Positions 27,759-41,387 of a stretch of 64,000 nucleotides of DNA are shown piece by piece. Location: NCBI GenBank assembly GCA_040756875.1, contig JBFLYH010000003.1, forward strand, positions 288,001-352,000. Direction: 5' to 3'. Each line of letters begins with the position of its first letter. Positions within the stretch are counted from its first letter, which is position 1. The stretch comes from a candidate division FCPU426 bacterium. GTDB taxonomy: Bacteria; Oederibacteriota; JAAXVQ01; JAUVAV01. Below the pieces are notes generated by a model that saw only the letters and a program-made list of their open reading frames with translations, ran no database searches and was not told the origin of the DNA. The position numbers and the translations under genes were made by a program.

Positions 27759-27798
27759 GAAATAAAAAACCCGCCCTGGAGGGCGGGTTTTTTATTTC
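27759..27798 (-). terminator. tRNA-Gln terminator
   Basis: GAAATAAAAAACCCGCCC-tgga-GGGCGGGTTTTTTATTTC next to the tRNA CCA end. Confidence 0.9.
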
Positions 27799-27874
27799 TG
27801 GCTGCCGACCCAGGGCTCGAACCTGGAACCCCCTGATCCAGAGTCAGGTGCTCTGCCAGTTGAGCTAGTCGGCA
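27799..27874 (-). tRNA. tRNA-Gln (CTG)
   Basis: TGCCGACTAGCTCAACTGGCAGAGCA-CCTGA-CTCTGGA-TCAGG...GGTTCGAGCCCTGG-GTCGGCAGCCA. Confidence 0.97.
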
Positions 27875-27897
27875 AACTCAAACCGCGGGTTTTGGAC

Positions 27898-29370
27898 TTA
27901 TACGGTGATGCCAACGGACTTAAGGCCCGCGGCCAGGCGCTTGAGCACCCGCTCCCGGCCCAGCAATTCCATTACCAGCAAAATCTGGGGAGAATGCTTC
28001 CGCCCAGTCAGCGCCGCCCGCAAGGGATGCACCAAATCGCCGAATTTCACCCCGGCTTGGGCCACCAAATCACGCAGCAACGCTTCCAGGCCGGGCGAGG
28101 TGAAGGATTCTAGCACGCTGATTTGGCGGTGTAAAGTTTGAAATAATTCAGGCTTGAACTGGGCCTGATCCAGATGGTCCTGGGCCTGGGTTTCCATTTC
28201 CACCTCGTCCCCGAAGAAAAAACGGACTTGGGCCGGCAGGTCGGAAAGCAGCTTCACCTGCTCCTTGACCGCCATGGCCACCCGGCCCGCCCAGGCGCGC
28301 TCGGTTTCCGACGCCGAGGACGGCAGCAACCCGGACTGCACAAGCACGGGCAAGGCGCGTTCCAGGTATTCCGCTTCGCCCTGGTTGCGGATATATACGC
28401 CGTTCATCCATTGCAGCTTGGCCGGGTCGAAGACCGCCGGGTTTTTACTGACTTTGCGCAGGCTGAATTTTTCGATCAGCTCCTGCCGGGAAAAAATCGT
28501 GGTTTTGTCGTCGAACGACCATCCCAGCAGGGCCAGGTAGTTGATAAGCGCTTCAGGCAGGTACCCGGCTTCGGCGTAGGCGCCGACCGAGGTCGCGCCA
28601 TGGCGTTTGGACAGGCGAGTGCGGTCCGGACCCAGGATCATGGGCACGTGCGCAAATTGCGGAAGAGGCTGGCTCAGCGCCTGGTAGAGGCAGATCTGCC
28701 TTGGCGTATTCGACAGGTGGTCGTCGCCGCGGATCACATGGCTGATCCGCATCGCGGCGTCGTCTACGACCGCGGCGAAATTGTAGGTCGGCAGGCCGTT
28801 GCTTCGCACCAGCACGAAGTCGTCCAGTTCCCGGTTGTCGAAAGAAACGTTCCCTCGGATCAGGTCTTCAATCACGGTCTTTCCGCCCATGGGAATCTTC
28901 AGACGGATGACATGCGCCTCCCCGGCCCCGATCCGGGCATGGGCCTCGGACAGGGAAAGCCTACGGCAGGTGCCGTCGTATTTAACCGGCGCGCCCAGTT
29001 CCAAAGCCTGTTGGCGCTTGGCTTCAAGGGTCTCCGAGGAACAAAAGCAGGGATAGGCATGGCCGGTCTCGATAAGCTGGGCCAGCTGCAGACGGTAGTA
29101 TTCCTGGCGTTCAAGCTGGCGGTAAGGGCCGTAGGCCCCTCCTTTTTCCGGCCCTTCGTCCCAATCCAGGCCCAGCCACTTCAGATCCGCAAGAATCATC
29201 TGCACTGATTCTTCAGTGCTGCGCTCGGCGTCCGTGTCTTCCAGGCGCAGGACGAACACCCCACTGTTTTGCCGGGCAAAAAGATAATTGAACAACGCTG
29301 TGCGCGCCCCGCCGATGTGCAGGTGGCCGGTGGGCGAGGGGGCGAAACGGACACGAACTCCAGCCGACAT
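27898..29370 (-). CDS. gltX: glutamate--tRNA ligase
   Basis: VRVRFAPSPTGHLHIGG, RGDDH and LSKRHG motifs; GGAGG RBS before ATG 29370. Confidence 0.97.
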   Translation of the reverse strand: MSAGVRVRFAPSPTGHLHIGGARTALFNYLFARQNSGVFVLRLEDTDAERSTEESVQMILADLKWLGLDWDEGPEKGGAYGPYRQLERQEYYRLQLAQLIETGHAYPCFCSSETLEAKRQQALELGAPVKYDGTCRRLSLSEAHARIGAGEAHVIRLKIPMGGKTVIEDLIRGNVSFDNRELDDFVLVRSNGLPTYNFAAVVDDAAMRISHVIRGDDHLSNTPRQICLYQALSQPLPQFAHVPMILGPDRTRLSKRHGATSVGAYAEAGYLPEALINYLALLGWSFDDKTTIFSRQELIEKFSLRKVSKNPAVFDPAKLQWMNGVYIRNQGEAEYLERALPVLVQSGLLPSSASETERAWAGRVAMAVKEQVKLLSDLPAQVRFFFGDEVEMETQAQDHLDQAQFKPELFQTLHRQISVLESFTSPGLEALLRDLVAQAGVKFGDLVHPLRAALTGRKHSPQILLVMELLGRERVLKRLAAGLKSVGITV

Positions 29371-29458
29371 TTTATTCCTCCACAGGTTCCGGCCCGGGCT
29401 TGGCAAGCCGGCCGGTCGTTAAATGCTTCGGAAGTTGGCCCTCAGAAGGGGGAAGGGG

Positions 29459-29848
29459 TTATTTGCGGGCGCGCAGGGGATCAAACTTGAGTTCGGGTTC
29501 GAACTTTTCGACACCCATGTCGCAATTGCCTTTGAAAATGACGCCGTCGGCGATGGCCACGCGCGGGGAGTGAATGTCCCCCTGCAGCTGCCCGGTCGGC
29601 ATGATTTCGATCCGCTTGGAGGCAAAAACATTGCCCGAGACTTTTCCGGAAATCAGCACGGTCTTGGCCGTCAAATTGCCCTTGACGACCCCTTTTTCCC
29701 CGATGATCAGGCTTTCTTCGCTAGCCACATTGCCTTCGATTTTGCCGTCGATGCGAACAGTGCCCTTGGCATTGATCTGTCCCTTGATTTCGGAGCCGGC
29801 GCCTAAAATAGTATCTACACCCTTGGCGTTTTGGATCTCGTCGCTCAT
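29459..29848 (-). CDS. bactofilin (polymer-forming cytoskeletal protein)
   Basis: TILGAGSEIKGQI...VRIDGKIEGNV...GDI...GVIFKGNC beta-helix pattern. Confidence 0.92.
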   Translation of the reverse strand: MSDEIQNAKGVDTILGAGSEIKGQINAKGTVRIDGKIEGNVASEESLIIGEKGVVKGNLTAKTVLISGKVSGNVFASKRIEIMPTGQLQGDIHSPRVAIADGVIFKGNCDMGVEKFEPELKFDPLRARK

Positions 29849-29861
29849 GCCTTGTCTCCGC

Positions 29862-30770
29862 TTAGTCTTTCAGGTATTTTACGGGATCGACTGGAATGCC
29901 GTTGAGGCGTATTTCGAAGTGCAGGTGCGGAGCAGTGGAACGTCCGGTATTGCCTAAAAAGCCGATCACCTGGCCACGGCGGACCCGCTGGCCGGCATTG
30001 ACCAGCTGCCGGCTCAAATGCCCGTAGCGGGTGGAAAACCCGTAACCATGGTCGAGGATCGCCAGTTTGCCGTAGCCGCCTTCCCAACCCGAGTACGTGA
30101 CCACGCCGTCAGCCGGCGCTTTGATGGAGGTTCCCTCTTCATTGGCAATGTCGATTCCCTGGTGGAACAGTGTTCCGTCCTGGAATGGCGACTGGCGCAT
30201 TCCAAAACGGGAGGTGATCCAACCGCGGACCGGCCAGGAGGTGGGACGGGAGGCCATGACCGAACGCTGGGTGGCGATGTATTTCTTCATTTCCTGGTAG
30301 GTTTCCAGGCGCTCTTCGGCGTCCTTTTTAAGGAAGTTGAGGCTTTGGTTGAATTCTTTCTGGGTCAGGCTGGCCTTTTGATTCAACGTCCGCATCAGGT
30401 TGAGCTGATCGGCCATGGTCGGTCCGCCTTCACCTGTATATTTAAAAAGTTCGTTTTTGCTTTGCATTTTCAGCATGGCACGGAGTTCGTTTTCCATCTT
30501 GGCCACCCGCTGAAAAGCTTCGTGGGTATTGGCCAATTCCTGTGCGAAAAATGCGTTTTTCTCGGCCAGTTGGACATTGGCGCGTTTGGTCAGCTGATAA
30601 TCCAGATGGCGGGTAAGAACGTATGAGGAAGAACCTACCAGGCCAATAATTGCCAATCCCAGAATCAGCATCAAGGAGTGTGATATCCGCATCGAAAATA
30701 CGTTGCTTTCATCGTGCGGTACCAGCATGAGGGTGAAGTAACGTTTTTGTTTGCCGGGTTTCTTTGCCAT
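29862..30770 (-). CDS. M23 family peptidoglycan endopeptidase (TM + coiled coil)
   Basis: HQGIDIA, TRYGHLS and GRSTAPHLHFE motifs. Confidence 0.93.
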   Translation of the reverse strand: MAKKPGKQKRYFTLMLVPHDESNVFSMRISHSLMLILGLAIIGLVGSSSYVLTRHLDYQLTKRANVQLAEKNAFFAQELANTHEAFQRVAKMENELRAMLKMQSKNELFKYTGEGGPTMADQLNLMRTLNQKASLTQKEFNQSLNFLKKDAEERLETYQEMKKYIATQRSVMASRPTSWPVRGWITSRFGMRQSPFQDGTLFHQGIDIANEEGTSIKAPADGVVTYSGWEGGYGKLAILDHGYGFSTRYGHLSRQLVNAGQRVRRGQVIGFLGNTGRSTAPHLHFEIRLNGIPVDPVKYLKD

Positions 30771-30812
30771 TGTTTCACCTAAAGAAAGTCTCGGTCTAGA
30801 GCCGCAAATCTT

Positions 30813-30841
30813 AATATACCAATTTTAGCAAAATCCGTCAA
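30813..30841 (-). promoter_or_regulatory. putative sigma70 promoter for the M23-bactofilin genes
   Basis: TTGACG-17 nt-TATATT with an extended TG. Confidence 0.65.
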
Positions 30842-30911
30842 CTATTTTGTCAGTATTTTTGTTTTGTGTCAGAATAATTTTCACTGGACGCTCATGATAG
30901 GCGAAAAACGC

Positions 30912-31781
30912 TTATCCCAAAAGGGCCAATATACGGTCCAGATCTTCCAAGGAATAATATTCAATTTCAATACGCCCTTTATGAGCGTTGCGAGGAACGA
31001 CTTTGACCTGCGTTCCCAATTTTCGGCGCAATTCCTCTTCCAAATGACGGGTATGCGGGTCTTTAATTTCCATACGCTTGGCGCTTTTACCTTTGCCAGG
31101 CCGGACTGGTTTCAACCCCTGCGCCAATTGCTCGGCTTCCCGCACGGAGAGGTTGTCACGGACGATTTTTTCCGCCAGCCTTTGTCTGACGTCCTCCTCG
31201 CCCACGGCCAGCAATGCCCGGCCATGGCCTTCGCTGAGCGAGCCTTTGCGCATCATATCCAAAATCGGTTCGGACAACTGCAGCAGGCGGAGGGTGTTGG
31301 CCACCGAGGACCGGTCTTTGCCTATTTTCTTGGCCAATTCCTCCTGCGTCAGTTCAAACTGGGTCAGCAGCTGGTTAAAGGCCACGGCTTCTTCCACCGG
31401 ATTCAGGTCTTCCCGCTGGATGTTTTCCACCAGGGCCAATTCCAGGCTCTCGGTGTCGCTGAGGTCCCGAATGACCACCGGCACCTGGGCCAGACCGGCC
31501 AATTTGGCGGCCCGCAAACGGCGTTCGCCGGCCACCAGTTCATAGGCCCCTTCGCCGCGCGGGCGAACCAGGATCGGTTGTACGATGCCGTTTTCCCGAA
31601 TGGAAGCCGCCAGTTCCTCCAACTCGTGGGGAACGAAATCCTGGCGGGGTTGATGGGGATTGGGAACGATACGATCGATGGAAACTTCGGTCGGCGTCGA
31701 AACAGCGGCCGCTGTCCCGTCCACGTCGCCGGGAACGGGAATCAACGCTTCAAGCCCTTTTCCCAATGCCTGTCTGCTCAT
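30912..31781 (-). CDS. parB: chromosome partitioning protein ParB/Spo0J
   Basis: ALGKGL, PNPHQPR, AGERRLRA and ENIQREDLNP motifs, plus an HTH. Confidence 0.96.
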   Translation of the reverse strand: MSRQALGKGLEALIPVPGDVDGTAAAVSTPTEVSIDRIVPNPHQPRQDFVPHELEELAASIRENGIVQPILVRPRGEGAYELVAGERRLRAAKLAGLAQVPVVIRDLSDTESLELALVENIQREDLNPVEEAVAFNQLLTQFELTQEELAKKIGKDRSSVANTLRLLQLSEPILDMMRKGSLSEGHGRALLAVGEEDVRQRLAEKIVRDNLSVREAEQLAQGLKPVRPGKGKSAKRMEIKDPHTRHLEEELRRKLGTQVKVVPRNAHKGRIEIEYYSLEDLDRILALLG

Positions 31782-31831
31782 ATGGCCAACGCCCCTTTGT
31801 CAAAAATGTTCGTCGGAGTGTCGAAAATCGC

Positions 31832-32635
31832 CTAGACTTCCGCCCGCTGGACTTCGCCCGAAGCGGCGACCGTTTCGTTGCGTGCGACGAGTTCCTCGGC
31901 CAGGCGCACATAGGCCAAGGCTCCGGGACAGCGGCTGTCGTATTGCATGATCGGTTTGCCGAAGCTCGGGGCTTCCGACAACTTGACATTGCGCGGGATA
32001 ACCGTTTCGTAAACCTTGCTCTGGAAGCGCTTTTTAATTTCCTGGATGACTTGCACGGTCAGGTTCGTGCGCAGGTCGCACATGGTCAGGAGCACGCCTT
32101 CAATCCGCAAATCCGGGTTAAGGCCGTTCTTCACCAGAATGATGGTCCGCAGCAGCTGCCCAACCCCGTCCAGGGCATAGAACTCGCCCTGTATCGGAAT
32201 CAGCACCGTGGCGGCAGCGGTCAAGGTGTTGATGGTTAGCAGCCCCAGGGAGGGGGGGCAATCGATCAAAATATAGTCGTATTGCTGACGCACCGCATTG
32301 ATGCCCTGCCGAAGCCGGGTCTCCCGGGCAATGACATTGACCAATTCGATTTCCGCGCCTGACAACTGGATATTCGCCGGGGCCAAGTCCAGGTTGGGCA
32401 CTTCGGTTTTGACGATCACTTCGTTGAACGGCTTGCGGCCGATCAGAACGTCGTAAATGCTGGTCTGCAATTTTTCCTTGTCGAACCCGAGTCCGACGGT
32501 GGTATTGCCCTGGGGATCGATGTCGATGAGGAGGATTTTCTTGCCGAGGGAGGCCAACCCTGCGCCGAGATTGATGGTCGTGGTGGTTTTTCCCACCCCG
32601 CCCTTTTGATTGGCAATGGCAATAACCTTGCTCAT
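31832..32635 (-). CDS. parA: chromosome partitioning ATPase ParA/Soj
   Basis: NQKGGVGKTT, DIDPQGN, DCPPSLG and IPRNVKLSEAPSFG motifs. Confidence 0.96.
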   Translation of the reverse strand: MSKVIAIANQKGGVGKTTTTINLGAGLASLGKKILLIDIDPQGNTTVGLGFDKEKLQTSIYDVLIGRKPFNEVIVKTEVPNLDLAPANIQLSGAEIELVNVIARETRLRQGINAVRQQYDYILIDCPPSLGLLTINTLTAAATVLIPIQGEFYALDGVGQLLRTIILVKNGLNPDLRIEGVLLTMCDLRTNLTVQVIQEIKKRFQSKVYETVIPRNVKLSEAPSFGKPIMQYDSRCPGALAYVRLAEELVARNETVAASGEVQRAEV

Positions 32636-32742
32636 AAACCTTCCGTGGTCCTATTCATTAGGTCTGCGGGCGTCCGACAGGATTGGTCCGGTCGCAAAAG
32701 GTCAGAATTATCACAGCCTCCGTGGATTGTAAAGCAAATAAT

Positions 32743-33162
32743 CTAGTGGTTGGGCGTCGATTCCAAAAAACGTTCGATGTCCTCGCCCAGCTGAAACGGA
32801 TCGAAGGGCTTGGTAAAATAACCGGCCGCGCCCACCGTGCGCCCGCGTTCGATATCCACGGAATTATTGCGGACCGTAAGAAAAACCACGGGCGTGTCGC
32901 GGTGGACCGGGTGTTGTTTGATGCGCCGGCAGACCTCGAAACCGTCGATGTCCGGCATCATGACATCCAGCAAAATCAGATCCGGCCGGCTGGTTTCAAG
33001 CATCTCCAGGGCGGCGGTGCCGGATACGGCCTCCAGCACCTTGATTTTTTTCAGATTCAGGCTGCGATGGATCAGCATGATGATATCCGGTTCGTCTTCC
33101 ACCACCAACACGCACTTTTTAGCCGGGGTTTTCGGATCAGAAGCGGGTTTGGGTTTTCCCAT
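32743..33162 (-). CDS. single-domain response regulator (receiver)
   Basis: VVEDE, LLDVMMPDIDG and TKPF motifs. Confidence 0.9.
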   Translation of the reverse strand: MGKPKPASDPKTPAKKCVLVVEDEPDIIMLIHRSLNLKKIKVLEAVSGTAALEMLETSRPDLILLDVMMPDIDGFEVCRRIKQHPVHRDTPVVFLTVRNNSVDIERGRTVGAAGYFTKPFDPFQLGEDIERFLESTPNH

Positions 33163-33376
33163 GTATCGCGTCTCCGGAATATCGGCTGCCAGCCGCAGAA
33201 AAGAAGTATATCATAATTTCATGCATTGCAAGCGAACAAAAACGCCGCGGCGGCACGCCTTCCCATTCAAATACAACTTTTCGTGCATTAAAACCGGCTT
33301 TCGTCAGTCCAATCAATCAGGCTTCGCGTCGGGCAGTCGCGAAAAGCAATAACCACGTCCTCAGGGGAGGTCCGCC

Positions 33377-34930
33377 ATGTTCGCTCGCGCGTTCAGCAGC
33401 GCTTTATGGGGCATTGCCGCCAAGCTGGTGCAGGTGGAGGTGGATGTCCGGGTCGGTCTGCCGGGATTTACCATCGTGGGATTGCCGGACACCGCGGTTA
33501 AGGAAAGCCGCGACCGCGTGACCGCGGCCCTGAAAAACGCCGAACTGGTGCTGCCGCCGCGGCGCATCACCGTCAATCTGGCGCCGGCCGACCTGCGCAA
33601 GGAAGGGCCGACTTACGATTTGCCGATTGCCTTGGCCTTGTTGGCCGCTTCCGGGCAACTGGAGCCGTCCTGCCTGGACGACCACTTGATTTTCGGGGAA
33701 CTGTCGCTTGACGGCCGCGTCTGTCCGGTCCGCGGCGCCCTGTCATTCGCCGCCGCGGCCAAACCGCACGGTTTCCGGCGTATTCTGCTGCCAGCCGACA
33801 ACGCCGACGAAGCCGGCGTGCTGGCGGACGGCGAGCTTTATCCCGTCCGCACGCTGCCGGAGGCTGTGGAGCATTTGAGCGGCCGTCAGCGGCTGGAAGC
33901 TTTTTCGCTGGATTGGACTTCCGCGTTTCAAGCGGCGAACACCTATGCCGTGGATTTCAGCGAAGTGCGCAGCCAGCTGCAGGCCAAACGCGCGTTGGAA
34001 GTCGCCGCGGCCGGAGGCCACAACGTGCTGCTGATCGGGCCGCCGGGCAGCGGCAAGACCATGCTGACCCAACGGCTGCCGACCATCCTGCCCGACCTGA
34101 CCCTGGCCGAAGCCCTGGAAACCACCCAGCTTTACAGCTTGCACGGCTTGCTGCCGCCCCGCAGTACGCTGATGCAGCAGAGACCTTTCCGCGCCCCGCA
34201 CCACACGGTCAGCGACATCGCCCTGATAGGCGGCGGAGCTTTTCCCCGGCCGGGCGAAGTTTCGCTCGCGCACAACGGCGTCCTGTTTTTGGACGAACTG
34301 CCGGAGTTTTCCAAGCACGCCCTGGAAGTGCTCCGCCAGCCTTTGGAGGAACGGCAGGTGACGATTTCGCGCACAGCCGCGGCCGTCACTTATCCGGCGC
34401 GTTTCATGCTGATCGCGGCCATGAACCCCTGCCCCTGCGGATACTACACGGATCCGCACAAAGAGTGTTCGTGCACCTACCCTCAAATCCATAAATACCT
34501 GAGCAAAATTTCCGGCCCGCTGCTGGACCGCTTTGATCTGCATCTGGAAGTCCCGGCCGTCAAGTATCAGGAGCTGGCCGGGTCCCTGGAACCCGAGTCC
34601 TCGGCCCAGATCCGCAGCCGGGTCATGGCCGGCCGCGCCTGCCAGCGGGAACGCTACGCTTCGCACCCCGAAGTGCTGGTCAACGCCCATTTGACGCCCC
34701 GCCTGATCCGCCAGTTCTGCCGCCTGGAAGCGGACGGCCAACAGCTGCTCCGGGCCGCGCTGGACCGCCTCGGCCTCTCGGCCCGAGGTTACCACCGCAT
34801 CCTCAAGGTCGCCCGGACCATCGCAGACCTGGCTGGCAGCGAGTCCATCATGGCCGCCCACGTGGCCGAAGCCATTCAATACCGTGCCTTGGACCGGCGT
34901 TTTTTCGGCCGGACGCCGGCCTGGCGGTGA
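33377..34930 (+). CDS. comM: YifB/ComM Mg-chelatase-like AAA+ ATPase
   Basis: VGLPDTAVKES, NLAPADLRKEG, GPPGSGKT, PFRAPHH and PGEVSLAHNGVLFLDE motifs. Confidence 0.93.
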   Translation: MFARAFSSALWGIAAKLVQVEVDVRVGLPGFTIVGLPDTAVKESRDRVTAALKNAELVLPPRRITVNLAPADLRKEGPTYDLPIALALLAASGQLEPSCLDDHLIFGELSLDGRVCPVRGALSFAAAAKPHGFRRILLPADNADEAGVLADGELYPVRTLPEAVEHLSGRQRLEAFSLDWTSAFQAANTYAVDFSEVRSQLQAKRALEVAAAGGHNVLLIGPPGSGKTMLTQRLPTILPDLTLAEALETTQLYSLHGLLPPRSTLMQQRPFRAPHHTVSDIALIGGGAFPRPGEVSLAHNGVLFLDELPEFSKHALEVLRQPLEERQVTISRTAAAVTYPARFMLIAAMNPCPCGYYTDPHKECSCTYPQIHKYLSKISGPLLDRFDLHLEVPAVKYQELAGSLEPESSAQIRSRVMAGRACQRERYASHPEVLVNAHLTPRLIRQFCRLEADGQQLLRAALDRLGLSARGYHRILKVARTIADLAGSESIMAAHVAEAIQYRALDRRFFGRTPAWR

Positions 34931-34971
34931 CCGGCTCAAACCCGGTCCGGACGCTCGGCCTGCGAAGGAGA

Positions 34972-35000
34972 TTGACACCCAGGGTTGCCTACCCTATGAT
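34972..35000 (+). promoter_or_regulatory. putative sigma70 promoter
   Basis: TTGACA-17 nt-TATGAT; supports a start at 35059 rather than 34927. Confidence 0.75.
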
Positions 35001-35058
35001 GAGGGGGCTTCACGGGCTGGGCCCGAATTCCCGACTATCCACAGGATACCCGTCGTTT

Positions 35059-37319
35059 ATGGCCACTCTGTCCCCGTCACTTTCCACCGAAAGCCGCGTG
35101 ATTCGCATCTGCGACCGGATCATGGAATTTTTGCTCTACTTGGTTTATTTCCTGATCCCGATTTTTTTCATCATTTTAACGCGCGACCAGTTCGAACTGC
35201 CCAAATTGGCGTTGTTCCGCATGCTTACCTGCTTGATGCTGGCCACCTGGGGAATACGGCTCCTGGCCAGCCGCGAATGGCGCTTTCAGGCCACTCCCCT
35301 GGCCCTTCCGCTCCTGGCCTGGATACTGTTGCAACTGCTGACCGCGGTGGTTTCGGTTTCCGGTTACGTTTCCTACCGGGGCGAGTATGAAAATTTCAGA
35401 GGACTCCTGACCGTCCTCAACTACCCCATCCTTTTCTACCTGCTGGTCCATTTTTTACGGACCCGGCAGCAAATCAACCGCTTGTTTTTCGTTACCCTGC
35501 TGGCCGGTCTGGTCATCACCGCCTACGGCATCGCCCAATTTTTCGGCCTGGACTTCATTGCCTGGAACCCGACCTCCATCGCTCCGGGACGGTACTTCTC
35601 CACCCTGGGCAATCCGAATTTCCTGGCGGCCTATCTGGCCATGGTGCTGCCCTGGACCATCGTGTTTTTCATCGAGACCCAGTCGACCTTCAGGCGCGTT
35701 CTGCTGTTCGTCAGTTTTGTGGTGATGTTTTTCGCCCTGCTGGGCACCTGGAGCCGCGGCGGATTCCTCGGTCTGATCGCCGCCCTGGCCGTGCTGGCGG
35801 GGTTCGGCCTCTGGCGCGGATTTACCTGGCTGCGTCAGCAACCGGTGGCAGCCGCAGCCCTGCGCCAATCCCTTCCCGGCTTTCGCATTTGGCTGGCGCT
35901 GCTGGGGCTGGCCCTGGCCACCCTGATCACGCTCTCCCTGACTTTCGGCCGCCACCACATGCTGCGCATGGCGGACACCATCCTGCACTTCCCGGCCGCG
36001 GTCAAGGTTTCCCGTCTCCATATTTGGGGTCCGGCGCTGGGCATGATCCGTGACTACCCGGTTTTAGGCACGGGTCTGGATACGTTCAAAACCGTTTTCC
36101 CCCGCTACGCCACACCCGCCTTCGCGGCCATCGACGGTGCCAATGTATCGTCCCGCACGGCCCACAACGAAATCCTGCAGGTTCTGGCCACGCAGGGCGT
36201 GGTGGGATTAGCCGTGGTGATCTGGCTGACCGTGGCCATGGCCTGGTGGTGGTGGCGTGCTTACCGGCGGCCGGGAGCCAGCGGAAGGGACCGCTTGCTG
36301 CTGGTTGGCGTGCTGGCCACCTGGACGGCCTACTCTGTCCAGAACCTGTTTTCCTTCGGCGTGGTGTCGATCGACTCGTTATATTGGCTGTTGCCGGCAG
36401 TGGTCGTCCTCTTGCTGAAAACGCCCGACGAACAAGCGCAGTCCGCCTTGCCCCAGGCGCCTGCCGCCAAACCCGGCCGGGTCTGGCAGGTCCTGCAGAC
36501 ATTCCAAATGCCCCTGGCCCTGTTGGTGGTGGCCGCTGCCCTGACCGGGGTGTGGATGAATTATCGCGCCGCCTTGGCGGACTATGCCTATAATCTGGGA
36601 ACCATTTATCGCATGCAGAACAACCTGAATTACTGCCTGCGGGCCTTTGCCACGGCCAGCCGACTGGTGCCGACCGAGGTGAAGTACATCGTTTATGAAG
36701 GGCTGGCCTACGAGGAAATGGTGCGCACGGTGCCGCCGGACCGCCAGCTGCCGCTGATCCAACAAGCCCTGGCCCTGTATCGACGCGGCGTGGAGATGAA
36801 CCCCACCAATGCCTATTACCTCGGGAACCTCGGCCGTGCCTATTCACTGGCCGCGGCCGTGGATCCCCAAAACCAGGACTATTTCAACCAGGCGGTGCGC
36901 TACTTCCGGGAAGCGGTCCATTATGCGCCGGTGACCGTGCTTTTTTATCAGAATTTGGGCATGACGTATTTAGTGCACGGCGAATTGGAAAAATTCAAGG
37001 AAGTGGCCAAGCAGCTCGCGGGATTTGACCCTAAAGAAGCCGCGGGCCTGGTTTTCAGCGGAGCCAACCAGCTTTACAACCAGAACCGGCCGGACATGGC
37101 CTTGCCTCTCTATCAGCTGGCCCTGGAATACAAGCCTGATTACGCGGAGGCGCATTTCAACCTGGGCGTGGCGTACGCGCGCACCGGCCGTATCCTCGAA
37201 GCCCTGGCCGAATGGCGCCGGGTTTTGGAATTGCGCCCTGACTTCACCCCTGCGCAGGAAATGCTCAAGCGTTACGCGGCGCCCGGCTCCGCGGCGCCCA
37301 GCCAGTCCATTTTAAACCC

Positions 37320-37323
<4 letters not shown>
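35059..37323 (+). CDS. O-antigen ligase/O-oligosaccharyltransferase family (Wzy_C) protein with C-terminal TPRs
   Basis: STLGNPNFLAAYL, SRGG, RxxIW...P.LGTG and AHNE motifs; TPR tail AEAHFNLGVAY. Confidence 0.85.
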
Positions 37324-40805
<3,482 letters not shown>

Positions 40806-40814
40806 AGGGCATTC

Positions 40815-41264
40815 TCAAAACGCGGATCCTATGATTTGCAGGACGACACGGCGTTCGCGGGGCCGCCGATCATGGTCGATCACCACTGCCTGCTGCCAGG
40901 TACCCAGCACCAGTTCCCCGTTCACGACCGGCACGGTCAGGGAGGGCCCGATGAGCGCTGCGCGCAGATGGGAGGCGCCATTGCCGTCGCCCCAGGTGCG
41001 GTTGTGCCGCCAGTCCCGCTGGGCGGGCATCAATTCCTCCAGGAGCGCCGGAAGATCTTCCAGCAAGCCGGGTTCGTATTCCAGCGTGGTGACCGAGGCG
41101 GTGGCGCCTGGCACGAACACCACGGCCTGGCCTTCCTTGACGCCGCTGCCGGCCACCAGGGCGCGCAGGGCGTCGGTCACGTCCAGGACGTGGTCATGCC
41201 CCTGCGTGGAGAGGGCCAGTTCCCGGGTGACGACTTTCCAGGCGCTTTCTGAGAATTTAGGCAT
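40815..41264 (-). CDS. yjbQ: YjbQ family protein (secondary thiamine-phosphate synthase)
   Basis: GATAS, EYEPGL, NGASHLRA and LGTWQ motifs. The start position is uncertain. Confidence 0.88.
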   Translation of the reverse strand: MPKFSESAWKVVTRELALSTQGHDHVLDVTDALRALVAGSGVKEGQAVVFVPGATASVTTLEYEPGLLEDLPALLEELMPAQRDWRHNRTWGDGNGASHLRAALIGPSLTVPVVNGELVLGTWQQAVVIDHDRRPRERRVVLQIIGSAF

Positions 41265-41286
41265 ACTGTTCACCCATTCAAAGCAC

Positions 41287-41362
41287 GAACAGGTGAGCAG
41301 GTGAATAGGTGACCGCAGGCTTACTTCTCTTCCTGTTCCCCTGATCCCCTGTTCGCCTGCTC
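41287..41362. repeat. 8-mer-periodic hairpin element, copy 3 (diverged)
   Basis: GAACAGGT GAGCAGGT GAATAGGT GACCGCAGGCT ... CTGTTCCC CTGATCCC CTGTTCGC CTGCTC. Confidence 0.8.
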
Positions 41363-41387
41363 TAGCAACGATAGAATGGGAATAAGG

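Noticed and set aside
30771-30786. parS-like TGTTTCACCTAAAGAA
   Set aside because: It matches TGTTTCACGTGAAACA at only 12/16 positions, is not palindromic, and coincides with the RBS of the M23 gene.
35035-35043. DnaA-box-like CTATCCACA / possible oriC
   Set aside because: It is a single imperfect box, with no cluster and no dnaA in the window.
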